Shown piece by piece: positions 44,742 through 56,000 of a stretch of 64,000 nucleotides of DNA. Within the stretch, counting starts at the first letter, position 1; every line of letters begins with the position of its first letter. The stretch spans positions 448,001 to 512,000 of the forward strand of contig CAVWVQ010000003.1 of assembly GCA_963758525.1 (NCBI GenBank), read 5' to 3'. The translations under genes and the position numbers were made by a program. Under the pieces are notes generated by a model that was not told the DNA's origin, ran no database searches, and saw only the letters and a program-made list of their open reading frames with translations. Source of the DNA: an uncultured Phycisphaerales bacterium. Its GTDB lineage: Bacteria > Planctomycetota > Phycisphaerae > Tepidisphaerales > Tepidisphaeraceae.

Positions 44742-45104
44742 TCAGATGAGTTGCGTCATCCTCAGGATGACAAACGCGCAGAGCAGTCCGGTGACCGCCG
44801 CCGCGAGATTGCGCTCGCGCCGGCTTGCGGAAAGGGTTCCGCCGACCAGGGCCAGCACCACTCCCGCCTCGGCCAGGGGCACGAGGAGCACGCGTTCGAG
44901 CATCGCCAGCTCCGCGTGCGATCCGGCCAGCACCCTTGCGCTTTGCGGGCTGAGCAGCGCGGGTCCCAGAATCAGGAGCAACATCGTCCCAAAGCAGACA
45001 GAGGATGTCGCGTTCAGCACGCACCGCGTGCCGCTTCGCAGCACGCCGTCATTCGCCCGTTTTCCCGGAAAACTCATATAGGCCGCTCCAGTCCCCCATC
45101 CCAT
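44742..45104 (-). CDS. Small hypothetical membrane protein; start uncertain
   Basis: Three hydrophobic segments. Confidence 0.45.
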   Translation of the reverse strand: MGWGTGAAYMSFPGKRANDGVLRSGTRCVLNATSSVCFGTMLLLILGPALLSPQSARVLAGSHAELAMLERVLLVPLAEAGVVLALVGGTLSASRRERNLAAAVTGLLCAFVILRMTQLI

Positions 45105-45482
45105 CGGCAGGCCGTTCGTGAGGTTTAATCCCCTATGGAACTGGATTCGCGGCTGAATTGCGAAAGCAGCTCGTTCCCGACGAATTAAATGTCATAAAGC
45201 ACACAGCGTCGCTTATTCGCGGGAGAGGACGAACCCCGTCGCGTATCTTCCGTGCGTCGCGGCGCAGGGTCTCGCTTGACCCATCCCGCGCGGGCCAGAT
45301 ACTCTCCGCCGCTGGCGAATCGTTTTGAACTCCTGTCGGCGGCGTAGTAGGGGTTTTGATGTGTGGCGCGGGTTCACCCCGCGCCTCGCAATCGATCGGC
45401 GGGATGAACCCCGCCCTGAAGCGATAGCAGTAACGACGATCTGTGCCCAACGGGGAAGCGGAATTCGCTGGAGGCCTGCATT

Positions 45483-46877
45483 ATGGGCGTGAGCACTGAT
45501 TCACCTGAAACCGCGGCTGTTGGGGAACTGGCCTGGTGGCGACTGCTGGAGCCATATCACTGGTTTGTGCTGCTCGTCGCGTCGGGAGCATGGTTCTTCG
45601 ACTGCCTCGATCAGCGGCTTTTTTCGCTGGCACGGATTCCCGCGCTGACATCGCTGATGCAACTGCCCGCGACCAACGTCGAGGTGCAATCCTTCGGAAA
45701 GGTCGTAACCGCGTTCTTTCTCATCGGTTGGGCGATCGGAGGCATGATCTTTGGATCGTTGGGAGACAAGTTCGGCCGGGCACGCATGCTCACGCTGACG
45801 ATCCTGACGTATTCCATCTTCACCGGGTTGAGCTTCTTCAGCCGCACCAAAGGCGATTTCACACTTTTTCGCTTCCTGACCGGGCTGGGCGTCGGAGGCG
45901 TATTCGGACTGGCAGTTGCGTTGATTGCTGAAACCGTTCCGACCGCCGCGCGAGTGCAGTCGCTGGGATTGCTGCAAATTCTCTCTACGTTCGGAAACAT
46001 CGCATCGGCATTCATCAAGATGGGGATCGACTCGCTGGAGTCGTCGCACATCATCGCGAACGGCCAAAGCTGGCGCTGGCTGTTTCTCGTCGGGGCGGCC
46101 CCCGCGCTCATGGTTGTTTTCACCGCCTGGCGGTTGCGCGAGCCGGAACCGTGGCTGAGACTCAAGGCCAGCGGCCTGCTGCCCAAGGGCGGCATTTTCG
46201 CGCCTTACGGCAAATTGCTTCGGCAGGAACTGTGGCGGAAGAATCTGATTGTTGGCGCGTTGATCGCGTCGACTGGCGTCGTCGGGCTGTGGGCGATCGG
46301 TGAATACGCTGTCGACCTGCAGCGCGCGGTCTTCAAAACCTACTATGAGGCACGGGTCAGCGCTGATGCCGCCAAACCGCTTATCAACGCCGCGATCAAC
46401 AGAGCCTTCCTGCTCAACATGCTCGGCGCAGCAGCAGGAATGTGGCTCTTTACCCGCCTCGCCGCGGCCACGGGGCGCCGGTTTGCCTTTGCGTTCGGGT
46501 TCTCCGCCGCGCTGGTTGTAACGTTTCTGGTCTACTGGAAGCTGAATTCTCCCACCGACGCGTATTGGATGATGCCCTTCATGGGAGCGGCCCAGCTTGG
46601 ACTGTTCGCAGGATTTTCGATCTACCTGCCGGAATTGTTTCCAAGCTCGCTGCGGAGCACCGGCGTGTCGTTCTGCTACAACGTCGGGCGGCTTGCGGCG
46701 GCGGCGGGAAGCTTTTTCTCCTCGATGCTCACGCACAATGTATTCGGCAAATACGCTTCCCCTTTGCCGCTCCGCTACGCCGCCATGACGATGTGCGCAA
46801 TTTTCCTGGTCGGACTCGCCACGCTCCCCTTCGCGCCGGAAACGCGCGGCCAACCCCTGCCGGAAGAAACTCAGTGA
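45483..46877 (+). CDS. MFS transporter
   Basis: GSLGDKFGRAR, RFLTGLGVGG, PELFP..LRSTG, PETRG. Confidence 0.95.
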   Translation: MGVSTDSPETAAVGELAWWRLLEPYHWFVLLVASGAWFFDCLDQRLFSLARIPALTSLMQLPATNVEVQSFGKVVTAFFLIGWAIGGMIFGSLGDKFGRARMLTLTILTYSIFTGLSFFSRTKGDFTLFRFLTGLGVGGVFGLAVALIAETVPTAARVQSLGLLQILSTFGNIASAFIKMGIDSLESSHIIANGQSWRWLFLVGAAPALMVVFTAWRLREPEPWLRLKASGLLPKGGIFAPYGKLLRQELWRKNLIVGALIASTGVVGLWAIGEYAVDLQRAVFKTYYEARVSADAAKPLINAAINRAFLLNMLGAAAGMWLFTRLAAATGRRFAFAFGFSAALVVTFLVYWKLNSPTDAYWMMPFMGAAQLGLFAGFSIYLPELFPSSLRSTGVSFCYNVGRLAAAAGSFFSSMLTHNVFGKYASPLPLRYAAMTMCAIFLVGLATLPFAPETRGQPLPEETQ

Positions 46878-46921
46878 CAGGGGTGTAACTTTTATTTGTG
46901 GCGATTGCAGATTTTGCGATC

Positions 46922-46989
46922 GTAGGGCGGGATTCATCCCGCCGTTTTCTCAGCCGGCCAACAAATCGGCGGGATGAATCCCGCCCTAC
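46922..46989. repeat. GTAG REP inverted pair
   Basis: GTAGGGCGGGATTCATCCCGCCG...CGGCGGGATGAATCCCGCCCTAC. Confidence 0.9.
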
Positions 46990-47179
46990 TCGGAGCCGAT
47001 CGCCACTTTCGAGCGCCACACCCCAGTGACAGACCGGCAGCGCCCCGGGCTTGTCAACACGTCCGATCACGCTACCCTTCGCCGCGGAGTGGCGACTGGC
47101 GGGCAGTGATTTGAGAGCCGGGGCTACAGCCGGTACCATCTGGCCCCACCGTTAAAACCACTCGTTACCGGAGATTGAT

Positions 47180-47638
47180 ATGGGACTGGCGTCTGGCATC
47201 AAGGGCCTATTGAATGAGTTCAAGCAGTTTGCCTTGCAGGGCAACGTGATGGATCTGGCCGTCGGTCTGGTCATCGGATCGGCATTCACCTCCATCGTCA
47301 CCTCGCTGGTGACGAACGTAATGATGCCGCCCCTGGGCCTGCTGATGGGCGGAGTCGACTTCTCCAACAAGGTCGTGGTGCTTCGAGAATCGCATGTCGT
47401 CAATGGCAAAGAAGTTGCCCCGACACTGCTCAGCTATGGCAAGTTCATCAACAGCGTGATCGATTTTCTCATCATTGCCGCGGCGGTGTTCGCCGTCGTA
47501 AAGCTGATGAACATGGCGAAGCGCAAGCCCCCGGCAGGACCTGTATCGACCAAGGAATGCCCGTTCTGTGCTTCAACCATTGCGATCAAGGCAAAAAAGT
47601 GCGCTTACTGCACGGCTGATCTGCCGGCAGTGGCTTAA
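47180..47638 (+). CDS. mscL: Large-conductance mechanosensitive channel with C-terminal zinc ribbon
   Basis: EFKQFALQGNVMDLAVG, YGKFI; CPFC..CAYC. Confidence 0.95.
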   Translation: MGLASGIKGLLNEFKQFALQGNVMDLAVGLVIGSAFTSIVTSLVTNVMMPPLGLLMGGVDFSNKVVVLRESHVVNGKEVAPTLLSYGKFINSVIDFLIIAAAVFAVVKLMNMAKRKPPAGPVSTKECPFCASTIAIKAKKCAYCTADLPAVA

Positions 47639-47735
47639 TTTTGTTTCAGCGGTAATGCTCGCGGCGTCAATGGACGACGCCTGAGGTGCAGCGTCGCGTT
47701 TTCAATTTTGCTTCTGCGAGAGAAAGGAGTCTGCG

Positions 47736-48761
47736 GTGATGCGAGGGTTTAATGTTCTGATTGCGTGCGCTATTGCGGCCGGCCTGTCCGCGTATGCGAA
47801 GGGTGATGAGGTCTTTTTCAACAACGGTGATCATCTCACCGGAAAAATTGAAGGCCTCACCGACAACAAGCTGAGTATCTCGTCTGCGGTTGCCGGAAAG
47901 ATAGCCGTCGATCTGAAAGACGTGAAAACGTTCAGGACCGACGGCCCGATCACGCTGCAACTGAAGGACGGCACCGTCATTCATCAGCGCGTGGTTGCGG
48001 GCCCCGACGGGCAGTTCACCGCCGCCCCAGGCGGTGAGATCGCCCCGCAGAATTTCCAGATCGCCCAGATCAAGAAGGTCAATCCGACCCCCGACCGGTG
48101 GACCGGGAACGTGGTGATCGGCGGATTTATCGCCCGTGGCAACACCGACATCGACAGCTTCACGGCCAGCGGTCATGCGGTGCGCCGCACCGAAACAGAT
48201 CGGCTCACCCTCGATGCCGGATATCTCTACGCCCGCCAGAAGCCCAATGACGGCGGAAAGAAGCAGCGCACCGAAGACAACTGGTTTGTCGAAGGAACCT
48301 ACGACCACTTCTTCACGAAAAAGTTCTACGCGTACGCCAACGCCAGGGTCGAACGCGATCTGATCGCCAACCTGAGTCTGCGCCTCACGCCCGGCGTCGG
48401 TCTGGGCTACCAGTGGTTCGACAATCCCAATGACTTGAGCTTCAGCACTGAAGGCGGCGTTTCGTGGCTTTATCGCGACTACAACAACGACGGCAGCGAT
48501 GAAAGCGTTGCCGTGCGGCTCGCGTATCACCTGAAGAAGAAGATCAACGAGCACTTCACGATCTTCAACGACTTCGAATATTTCCCAGGGCTCGATTCGA
48601 TCGACGACTTCTATTTCAACACCGACGCCGGCATGCACGTTGCGCTGACGGATTCGCTGTTCACGGAGTTCAAGATCGAATACCGCCATGACGAACGGCC
48701 GGCCCCGAATTCGCAGAAGGATGATGTGCGTTACACGATGGGCGTAGGCTGGAAGTTCTAG
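47736..48761 (+). CDS. DUF481 outer-membrane beta-barrel protein
   Basis: NGDHLTG N-domain, amphipathic strands, terminal GVGWKF. Confidence 0.85.
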   Translation: MMRGFNVLIACAIAAGLSAYAKGDEVFFNNGDHLTGKIEGLTDNKLSISSAVAGKIAVDLKDVKTFRTDGPITLQLKDGTVIHQRVVAGPDGQFTAAPGGEIAPQNFQIAQIKKVNPTPDRWTGNVVIGGFIARGNTDIDSFTASGHAVRRTETDRLTLDAGYLYARQKPNDGGKKQRTEDNWFVEGTYDHFFTKKFYAYANARVERDLIANLSLRLTPGVGLGYQWFDNPNDLSFSTEGGVSWLYRDYNNDGSDESVAVRLAYHLKKKINEHFTIFNDFEYFPGLDSIDDFYFNTDAGMHVALTDSLFTEFKIEYRHDERPAPNSQKDDVRYTMGVGWKF

Positions 48762-49009
48762 AGGGAAGAGGGGGAGGAAGGCACGAAGGGGGAGGAAGGC
48801 ACGAAGGGTGAGGAAGGGGATTTTGATAAAAGCATTCCGCCGCGCAGCGTCCTTCCCTTCGTGCCTCCGTGCCTACGTGCCTTCGTGCCTGCCTTTCTCC
48901 GTGCCTTCGTGCCTGCCTTTCTCCGTGCCTTCGTGCCTGCCTTCCCCCGTGCCTTCGTGCCTGCCTTCCCCCGTGCCTTCGTGCCTGCCTTCCCCCGTGC
49001 CTTCGTGCC
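48762..49009. repeat. Octamer element (GGCACGAA/TTCGTGCC) including a 24-bp tandem array of about 5.6 copies
   Basis: Unit CGTGCCTTCGTGCCTGCCTTYCYC at 48876-49009. Confidence 0.92.
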
Positions 49010-49033
49010 ATTCTTCATCCCCCTCCCCCCTCC

Positions 49034-49261
49034 ATGCCTGACTACAACGATCCGGATCCCGACGAAACGGACTGGAATCCTGATCCCGCGACCGTTCCCT
49101 GCCCCGAGTGCGGCGGCGAAGTCTTCGACGACGCCGACCGCTGCCCCGAGTGCGGCCACTACTTCTCGCCCGGCAAAGCGAACGCGAGCCGTTTGTGGTA
49201 CAAAATAGCGGTTGCGTTTCTCGTCGGACTGCTGGTCTGGACGCTGATTGCGTGGTGGTGA
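49034..49261 (+). CDS. Small zinc-ribbon membrane protein
   Basis: CPEC...CPEC with a C-terminal TM helix. Confidence 0.8.
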   Translation: MPDYNDPDPDETDWNPDPATVPCPECGGEVFDDADRCPECGHYFSPGKANASRLWYKIAVAFLVGLLVWTLIAWW

Positions 49262-49272
49262 AGGAGAAGCTC

Positions 49273-50223
49273 ATGCCTCGAAGGTCACGCCTTTTGTTGT
49301 TTCTGCTTGTCGTCTCGTGCGGCATCCCAATCGCCGCCGCGGGTGAGCCGACGACTCGGCCGGCTCTGCAACATCCCAAGCCGCCCGCGGATGTTCACTT
49401 TGAACCCGATGTTGTCTACGCAACCGTGGACGGTGAACCGCTGCTGCTGGATCTTTCCTCGCCGGCAAGCGTTGCCGGCCCGCTTCCCTGCATCGTTGCG
49501 ATCCACGGCGGCGGGTGGAGCGGGGGCAATCGCAAGCAGCATGACGATCTCACGTTCCAGTTCGCTCGCCACAACTACATTGCCGTGACGCTTGAATACC
49601 GCATGGCCCCGCAGCATCGGTTTCCCGTTCCCGTCCAGGACGTCAAGGCGGCCGTTCGTTATTTGCGCGGCAACGCCGAGAAGCTTCACATTGATCCGCA
49701 ACACATTGGCGCCGTCGGGTTCTCCGCCGGGGCGCACCTGTCGATGATGCTCGGCACGATGGACAAAGCCGACGGGCTCGATGATGTCGGCGATTTTCCA
49801 GACCAGTCGAGCAAGGTGCAGGCGGTGGTTTCGTTTTTTGGTCCGACCGATCTCACTGCGGAGTATCCGCAACGGTCGAAAGCGATCGTCCGCAATTTCA
49901 TCGGCGGCGACTTCAAGGAGATGCCCGACGCCTATCGCCGCGCGTCCCCCATTACCTACGTGAACGCCGGCGACGCGCCGATGCTGTTATTCCAGGGCAC
50001 CGCCGACGTGCTTGTTCCTTACAATCAAGCCTATCTGATGGCCGGCGCCATGCAGAAAGCCGGCATCCCCGGCAGAGTGGAGCTGATCATCGGCGCCAAC
50101 CACGGCTGGGGCGGCCCCGAACTGCTCCGCACCGCCAGCGAAACGATGGAGTTCTTCGACAAATATTTGAAGGGGGATGAAGGAAGGCACGAAGGCACGG
50201 AGGCACGAAGGCACGGAGGGTGA
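49273..50223 (+). CDS. Secreted alpha/beta hydrolase (lipase/esterase)
   Basis: IHGGGW, GFSAG, QGTAD, NHG; AAGGAG RBS. Confidence 0.92.
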   Translation: MPRRSRLLLFLLVVSCGIPIAAAGEPTTRPALQHPKPPADVHFEPDVVYATVDGEPLLLDLSSPASVAGPLPCIVAIHGGGWSGGNRKQHDDLTFQFARHNYIAVTLEYRMAPQHRFPVPVQDVKAAVRYLRGNAEKLHIDPQHIGAVGFSAGAHLSMMLGTMDKADGLDDVGDFPDQSSKVQAVVSFFGPTDLTAEYPQRSKAIVRNFIGGDFKEMPDAYRRASPITYVNAGDAPMLLFQGTADVLVPYNQAYLMAGAMQKAGIPGRVELIIGANHGWGGPELLRTASETMEFFDKYLKGDEGRHEGTEARRHGG

Positions 50224-50503
50224 GGAAGGGGGGACACGGTCGGCGCGACTTCTCCCCTTGCGTTCCCTTGCTACTGCTTCGTTCCCCTTCGTGTTTTTCC
50301 CTCTCCCTTCCTCACCTTCGTGCCTCCGTGCCTTTGTGCCTTCGTGCCTTCCTTCATCCTCCGTGCCTTTCTCCGTGCCTTTCCCCCTCCCTTCCTCACC
50401 CTTCGTGCCTTCGTGCCTTCGTGCCTTCCTTCAAACCTTCCCTTCCCTCTCCCTTCCTCACCCTTCGTGCCTCCGTGCCTTCGTGCCTTCGTGCCTTCCT
50501 TCA
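50178..50503. repeat. Octamer inverted tandem element overlapping both convergent gene ends
   Basis: GGCACGAA arm at 50178-50220 and many TTCGTGCC copies up to about 50500. Confidence 0.9.
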
Positions 50504-51144
50504 TCCTCCGTCCCATCCTCACGACGCTTCTGGGCCGCCACCGCGTAAAACGGCCGTCCTTCTCTCCGATACTTCCTCTCAAAATTCGTCCCGACGAATT
50601 CCCCGTCGGCAGCGGAGCCGGGGCGGTTGTATTCGATCACTTGCAGCGGTGACGCGGTGACGACCGCTTGAATCTGCTCGAAATAATCGTGATGGTCGGT
50701 GACGATCTGCAGCCGGCCACCCGGGATCAGCGAGCGATGCACCAGCTGCACAAACGGCGACTGGATCAACCGGCGTTTGTTGTGCCGCTTCTTGGGCCAG
50801 GGATCGGGGAAATAGATATGGACGACAGAGAGGCTCTGCTCCGGAACGAACTCCGCGAAGAAAAAAGCGGCGTCCGCACGGACGGTGCGCGCGTTTTGTT
50901 CGCAATGATTTCGTCGCAGCCGATCGCTCGCGTAGCGCCAAAACCAGCGCGCCCACTCAAGGCCGACGAAATTGACATCGGGCCGGGTTCGCGCCTGCTC
51001 GGTCAGGAAAGTTCCCTTCCCGGTGCCGATTTCCAACTCGACTGGGTGATCGTTCCCAAAGAGCTCGTTCCAGCACAACGGGCGTGGCAGCGCTTCCACG
51101 TCCAGACCCACCGGTTCCACGATCAGTTCGCGTGTTGACTGCAT
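50458..51144 (-). CDS. trmB: tRNA (guanine-N7) methyltransferase
   Basis: LEIGTGKG, FPDPWPKKRH, TDH, TNFERKY. Confidence 0.95.
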   Translation of the reverse strand: MQSTRELIVEPVGLDVEALPRPLCWNELFGNDHPVELEIGTGKGTFLTEQARTRPDVNFVGLEWARWFWRYASDRLRRNHCEQNARTVRADAAFFFAEFVPEQSLSVVHIYFPDPWPKKRHNKRRLIQSPFVQLVHRSLIPGGRLQIVTDHHDYFEQIQAVVTASPLQVIEYNRPGSAADGEFVGTNFERKYRREGRPFYAVAAQKRREDGTEDEGRHEGTKARRHEG

Positions 51145-51600
51145 CAGCCTCCGGCATGCACCATATCGCAGGCAATACAAACCGCAAACCGGGAAGCGGC
51201 GACTGCAGGGAAGACCGATCGCGCGACCCGCTCCCGGACTACTGCGTAAGCGGGGGACGCGCAACGAGGTGGTGCACCCGCGGCAGCTCATCGAACTCCA
51301 CCGTAGAACTATTTCGTCAAGCGCCCGCGGATTTCGCAGCGTGGCTTTTGACGCTCCTTTGCAAGCGCGATTCGGATGGTCCGAGCGGTGATGGATCGGA
51401 ACTGGCGGTTCACAATGGCTTTCCAGCGGGCTTGGTTCCCGGGCGATTAAGCGGCCGGTTTTGTTTGACTGATTCCGTTGCCGTGATTGCGAAAAAAGCG
51501 ATGCCCGGGCGGGCGTTTCATTGGGGAAGTTGACATCAGTTTGGCGATAGAAGAGCAGAAGTCCGATATTTGTCCATTTGTACCCTCAAAGGAGTGAGCA

Positions 51601-52287
51601 ATGCCTCGCAAACCAACCAGAATCGCCTCCGCCAAGAAGTACACCACCGCTGCCCCCAAGGCCGCGCCGAAGCCGGCCGCGGCCTCCCCGGCGACGGTCG
51701 CGGTCGCGGTCGAACGGGTGAAAGAAACCGTTGCCGCGCCGGTCGAGCAGTTGAAATCACCAGTGGTTTCATGCAATACTGCAATTGTGGAGCCCACAGT
51801 GTCCGTACAATCGTTGATTCAAGCCCTTCGCGACCCGTCCGCCGACGTCGCTCGCGACGCTGCCGTCGAATTGGGCGGCGCCAAGGATGCGTCGGCCGTC
51901 GCGCCGCTGATCGAAGTGATCACCAATGACGACGGCTACTACCACGACGTTGTCCGCGCCGCCGCCGCCGAGTCGCTCGGCCGGCTTGGTGACGCCCGCG
52001 CCGTTGAGCCGCTGCTGCTTCTGAGCCGCGACACCATGGCCGAGGCCAGCGCCGAAGCCGTCCGCGCACTGGCGCTGCTCAATGACCAGCGCACCGTCGG
52101 CCCGCTGATCGACATCGTCCGCAATAGCTACGGCTTTTTCCTCCCGATCGTCCGCCGCGCCGCGGTGATCGCCCTGGCGAAGCTGGGCGGCCCCGCCGCC
52201 AAGGCGGAACTGAAGAACGTCTCGTCGAACACCAGCGAAGATCCGGTGATTCGTCAAGCTGCGACAAGCGCGATCGCCTCCGCCTGA
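51601..52287 (+). CDS. HEAT-repeat protein with Lys/Ala/Pro-rich N-terminus
   Basis: Repeats such as VRAAAAESLGRLGD; AAGGAG RBS. Confidence 0.88.
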   Translation: MPRKPTRIASAKKYTTAAPKAAPKPAAASPATVAVAVERVKETVAAPVEQLKSPVVSCNTAIVEPTVSVQSLIQALRDPSADVARDAAVELGGAKDASAVAPLIEVITNDDGYYHDVVRAAAAESLGRLGDARAVEPLLLLSRDTMAEASAEAVRALALLNDQRTVGPLIDIVRNSYGFFLPIVRRAAVIALAKLGGPAAKAELKNVSSNTSEDPVIRQAATSAIASA

Positions 52288-52313
52288 AGCGACTAAAGCG
52301 TGATGAACAAGCC

Positions 52314-52348
52314 AGCCGCGCGCTCTCCGGAGCGCGCGGCTTTTTTTT
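52314..52348 (+). terminator. Rho-independent terminator
   Basis: AGCCGCGCGCTC-TCCG-GAGCGCGCGGCT followed by a T-tract. Confidence 0.9.
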
Positions 52349-52387
52349 GCCCGCAATGCCACCCGGATTCGCTGGCGTCCCAGACGC

Positions 52388-52553
52388 CTGAGATGTCCGA
52401 GATTTTCAAATCTCAGATCTTCCCCCTTCAAATTTCAGATCTCAAATTTGAGATTCTCCTTCAATTTCAAATTTCAAAATCTGAGATCTCCATTCAAATT
52501 TCAAATCTCAAATCTGGGATCTCCTTTCAAATTTCAAATCTCAAATCTGAGAT
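52388..52553. repeat. AT-rich heptamer array (ATTTCAA/ATCTCAA)
   Basis: 7-bp periodicity with a higher-order unit of about 34 bp. Confidence 0.9.
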
Positions 52554-52864
52554 CCCCCCTTGTCCACCTTCAGCAACCCATAGACCGCCACCACGGTTCC
52601 GAACGGAATCATCGCCAGCAGCGCAATATTCAGCGCCGCCGCGGCGACCCTTCCCGCTCTTGGCCTGGTCGCTCGCAAGATGAGTGTCAGCACGATCGCA
52701 ATGACGTAGACGCCATACATCACTTCGATGAAGTTCAGAACGACGATCCCCCGCGGCGCCGTCGCGAACCTGGGCCGAAGCAAGACCATCTGCCCGCAGG
52801 CGAGCAGGATAAAGATCAGCAGCACGATCAGCATGATCGTGTAGACGCGATTGATCTGGTTCAT
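52541..52864 (-). CDS. Small membrane protein
   Basis: Hydrophobic helices, IPFGT..AVYGL; stop lies inside the repeat. Confidence 0.75.
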   Translation of the reverse strand: MNQINRVYTIMLIVLLIFILLACGQMVLLRPRFATAPRGIVVLNFIEVMYGVYVIAIVLTLILRATRPRAGRVAAAALNIALLAMIPFGTVVAVYGLLKVDKGGSQI

Positions 52865-53059
52865 CCGGGACGAGCGTAAGGGGATTTTTCAGCGTCCGCA
52901 AACGCCTCCGATATTTACGATGCGGCAGCGATCGCCGCGGGGTACAATTCCCGCTCGCTTAAACAACCTCGAGGGTTGTCTGTATCGTTTTTTGGCGGAA
53001 AGTTCTCCGGCACGGAAGAACTCAATATTTCTGACTTTCACTGCCCCTCAGGAAATTCT

Positions 53060-56000
53060 ATGCATCAACGCGGCATCGCCCCCGGACGATTCTTCTGCTG
53101 CATCATTCTTGCAGTCTGCTCACTGACAATCAGCCACGCGAAAGCCGACCCGTACTCGGTGGTCTACGAGCCGAAGGGAACGCCCAACGGCAAGCACATC
53201 GTCTTTCTTTCCGGCGACGAGGAGTATCGCAGCGAAGAGGGTCTGCCGATGCTCGCCAAGATCTTGAGCCAGCGGGATGGGTTCAAGTGCACGGTGCTCT
53301 TCGCGATCGATCCCGACGGAACGATCAATCCAAATAACCAGACGAATCTTCCCGGGGCCGAAGCCCTCGACTCGGCTGACGCCATTGTGATGTTGCTGCG
53401 ATTTCGCGCGTGGCCGGACGATCAGATGAAGCATTTCGTCGACGCGGTGGAGCGCGGCGTGCCGATCATCGGTCTTCGCACGGCAACGCATTCGTTCGCG
53501 TTCAAGAGCGGCACCTACCAGAGCTGGAACGGTTTTGGGAAGCGCGTGCTGGGGGAACACTGGGTGAATCACTGGGGAAGTCATAAGAAGGAAGCCACGC
53601 GGGCGATCATCGAAGCCGCCAACAAGGACAATCCGCTGCTGAATGGCGTGGGGGACATTTTCGTCACGACCGACGTATATGAGGGTTACCCCCCCGCCGA
53701 CGCGACCATTCTCCTGCGCGGGCAAGTGCTCAAGGGAATGAAGGCAACCGACCCGCCGGCCGATTACAAGAAGAAGCGATCAACGGATCACGTTGAACAA
53801 GGCGTGAATGATCCGATGATGCCGATCGCCTGGTCGCGCATCTACAGGGATGAAAAAACTGGAAAGACGAACCGGGTCCTTTGCACGACGATGGGCGCAT
53901 CCACGGATCTGCTGAGCGAAGATCTGCGCCGGCTGATCGTCAATGGCGTCTTCTGGGGCTTGGAAATGCCCATACCCGCCAAGGCGGACGTGGCGTTCGT
54001 TGACGAGTACAAGCCTCGCGATTTTGGCTTCAATGGATATCAAAAAGGACTGAAGCCGGACGATTTTGCACTCGGCAAACCCGCCCCGACCACCGAGAAA
54101 GCGGCAATGCCGGCGCCCATTCTCCGGCCCGTCAGCCGCGTGTGCGCGTCGTCTGGCGGCGCGGCTCTGGAACTGAAGCCGGGCGATCACATCGCAATTA
54201 TCGGCAACACGCTGGCAGATCGCTTTCAGTTTGACGGGTATCTGGAAACCCTCATTTACGCGCAAAATCCACAGGCGAATCTGGTCTTTCGCAATCTGGC
54301 CGTCTCCGGAGACGAAGTGGTCAAGCGTGCCCGCTCGCTGAACTTCGGCACGCCCGACGAGTGGCTGACGCGCGTGAAGGCGGATGTGATTCTCGCGTTT
54401 TTTGGATTCGACGACTCCTTTGCCGGGCCCGCGGGGCTGCCGCAGTTCAAGCGGGATTTGGACAAGTATCTCAAGGATACCTTGGCGCAGAACTACAGCG
54501 GCAAGGGGCCGCCGCGGATCGTGCTCTTCTCCCCCATCGCCAATGAGAAACTGCCGGACCCCAACTACCCCGATCCGTCAGCGAACAATGCCAACATCAA
54601 GCTCTACGCCGACGCGATGCGCGAAATCGCTGCCGCAAATCACGTGCAATTTATCGATCTGTTTGAGCCGTCGCAAAAGCTCTACGCCGAGGGCGCCGCG
54701 CGACATCAGCCGTTGACCATCAATGAGATTCATCTCTCGGAATACGGCGACAAGCTCCTGGCGCCGATCATGTTTCAGTCGATGTTCGGCACCGACGCCC
54801 CCACGGGCGATTTCGAGAAACTGCGCGCCGCGATCAACGAGAAGAACTGGCAATGGCACGCCCGCTACCGGACGGTCGACGGATTCAACGTGTATGGCGG
54901 ACGCTCGTACGAAGCATACGAATCTCCCAAGGGCGGCCCGAAGGTCACGAATAACAGGATCATGCAGGAGGAAATGACGCGCCGCGACGTCATCACCGCG
55001 GATCACGACCCGGCGGTCTGGGCCGTCGCCCAGGGGCGCGATCCGGTGGTGAGAAATGACAATCTTCCGCCCGTGGAGAAGATTCAATCCAACGATCCGG
55101 GAACCAAGCCGGACGGATCGTGGGTCTACACGGGCGGTCAGGCCGCGATCGCGAAAATGACGGTCGCCGAGCACATGAAGGTGAATCTCTTCGCCAGCGA
55201 AGAGCAGTTTCCCGAACTGGTGAATCCGGTGCAGATGGCGTGGGACACGAAGGGCCGGCTTTGGGTTTCCGCGTGGCGCAATTACCCGGAGCGCACGCCG
55301 GACTCGAAAGTCGGCGACAGCATTCTGATCTTCGAAGACACCAAGGGGACCGGCCACGCCGACAAATGCACGCATTTTATCGACGACCTGAACTGCCCGA
55401 CCGGGTTCCAGTTCTATAAAGACGGCATTCTGCTCATGCAGGCGCCGGACCTGTGGTTCGTTCGCGACACCACCGGCAAAGACCACGCCAACTGGAAAGA
55501 GCGCATCCTGATGGGCATGGACTCCGCCGATTCGCATCACACCACCAACTCGATGGTTCTCGACCCCGGCGGCGGAACGTATCTCAGCGACGGCGTCTTC
55601 CATCGCTCGCAAGTGGAAACGTTTCTCGGCCCGGTGCGCAACGAGGACGCCTGCATCTACCGGTTTGAGCCGTCGACCGGAAAATTCGAGCGCTATGCCG
55701 CCTACGGTTTTGCCAACCCGCACGGCCGCGTGTTCGATTACTGGGGCAACGATCTGATCACCGACGCCACGGGAAACAACACCTACTTCGGCCCCGCCAT
55801 CAGCGGACATATCGACTACCCGTCAAAACATGAAGCGGTCAAGCAGTTCTGGGATCGGCCGTCGCGTCCTTGCCCCGGCACGGCGCTGCTGACGAGCCGG
55901 CAGTTTCCCGACGAATTCCAGGGAAATTTCCTCGATTGCAATGTGATCGGATTTCAGGGGATCTACCGCGTCAGAGTTGACGAAGAGGGATCGGGCCTGG

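Noticed and set aside
48670..49379. Repetitive ORFs (ARRHGG / RAFVP / CLRA peptides), also at 50177-50660, 52300-52683 and 2653-2920
   Set aside because: They are translations of DNA repeats that stay open in several frames
51180..51600. Possible ncRNA or riboswitch in a long intergenic region (also 45105-45480)
   Set aside because: No recognisable motif; an Infernal/Rfam search is needed
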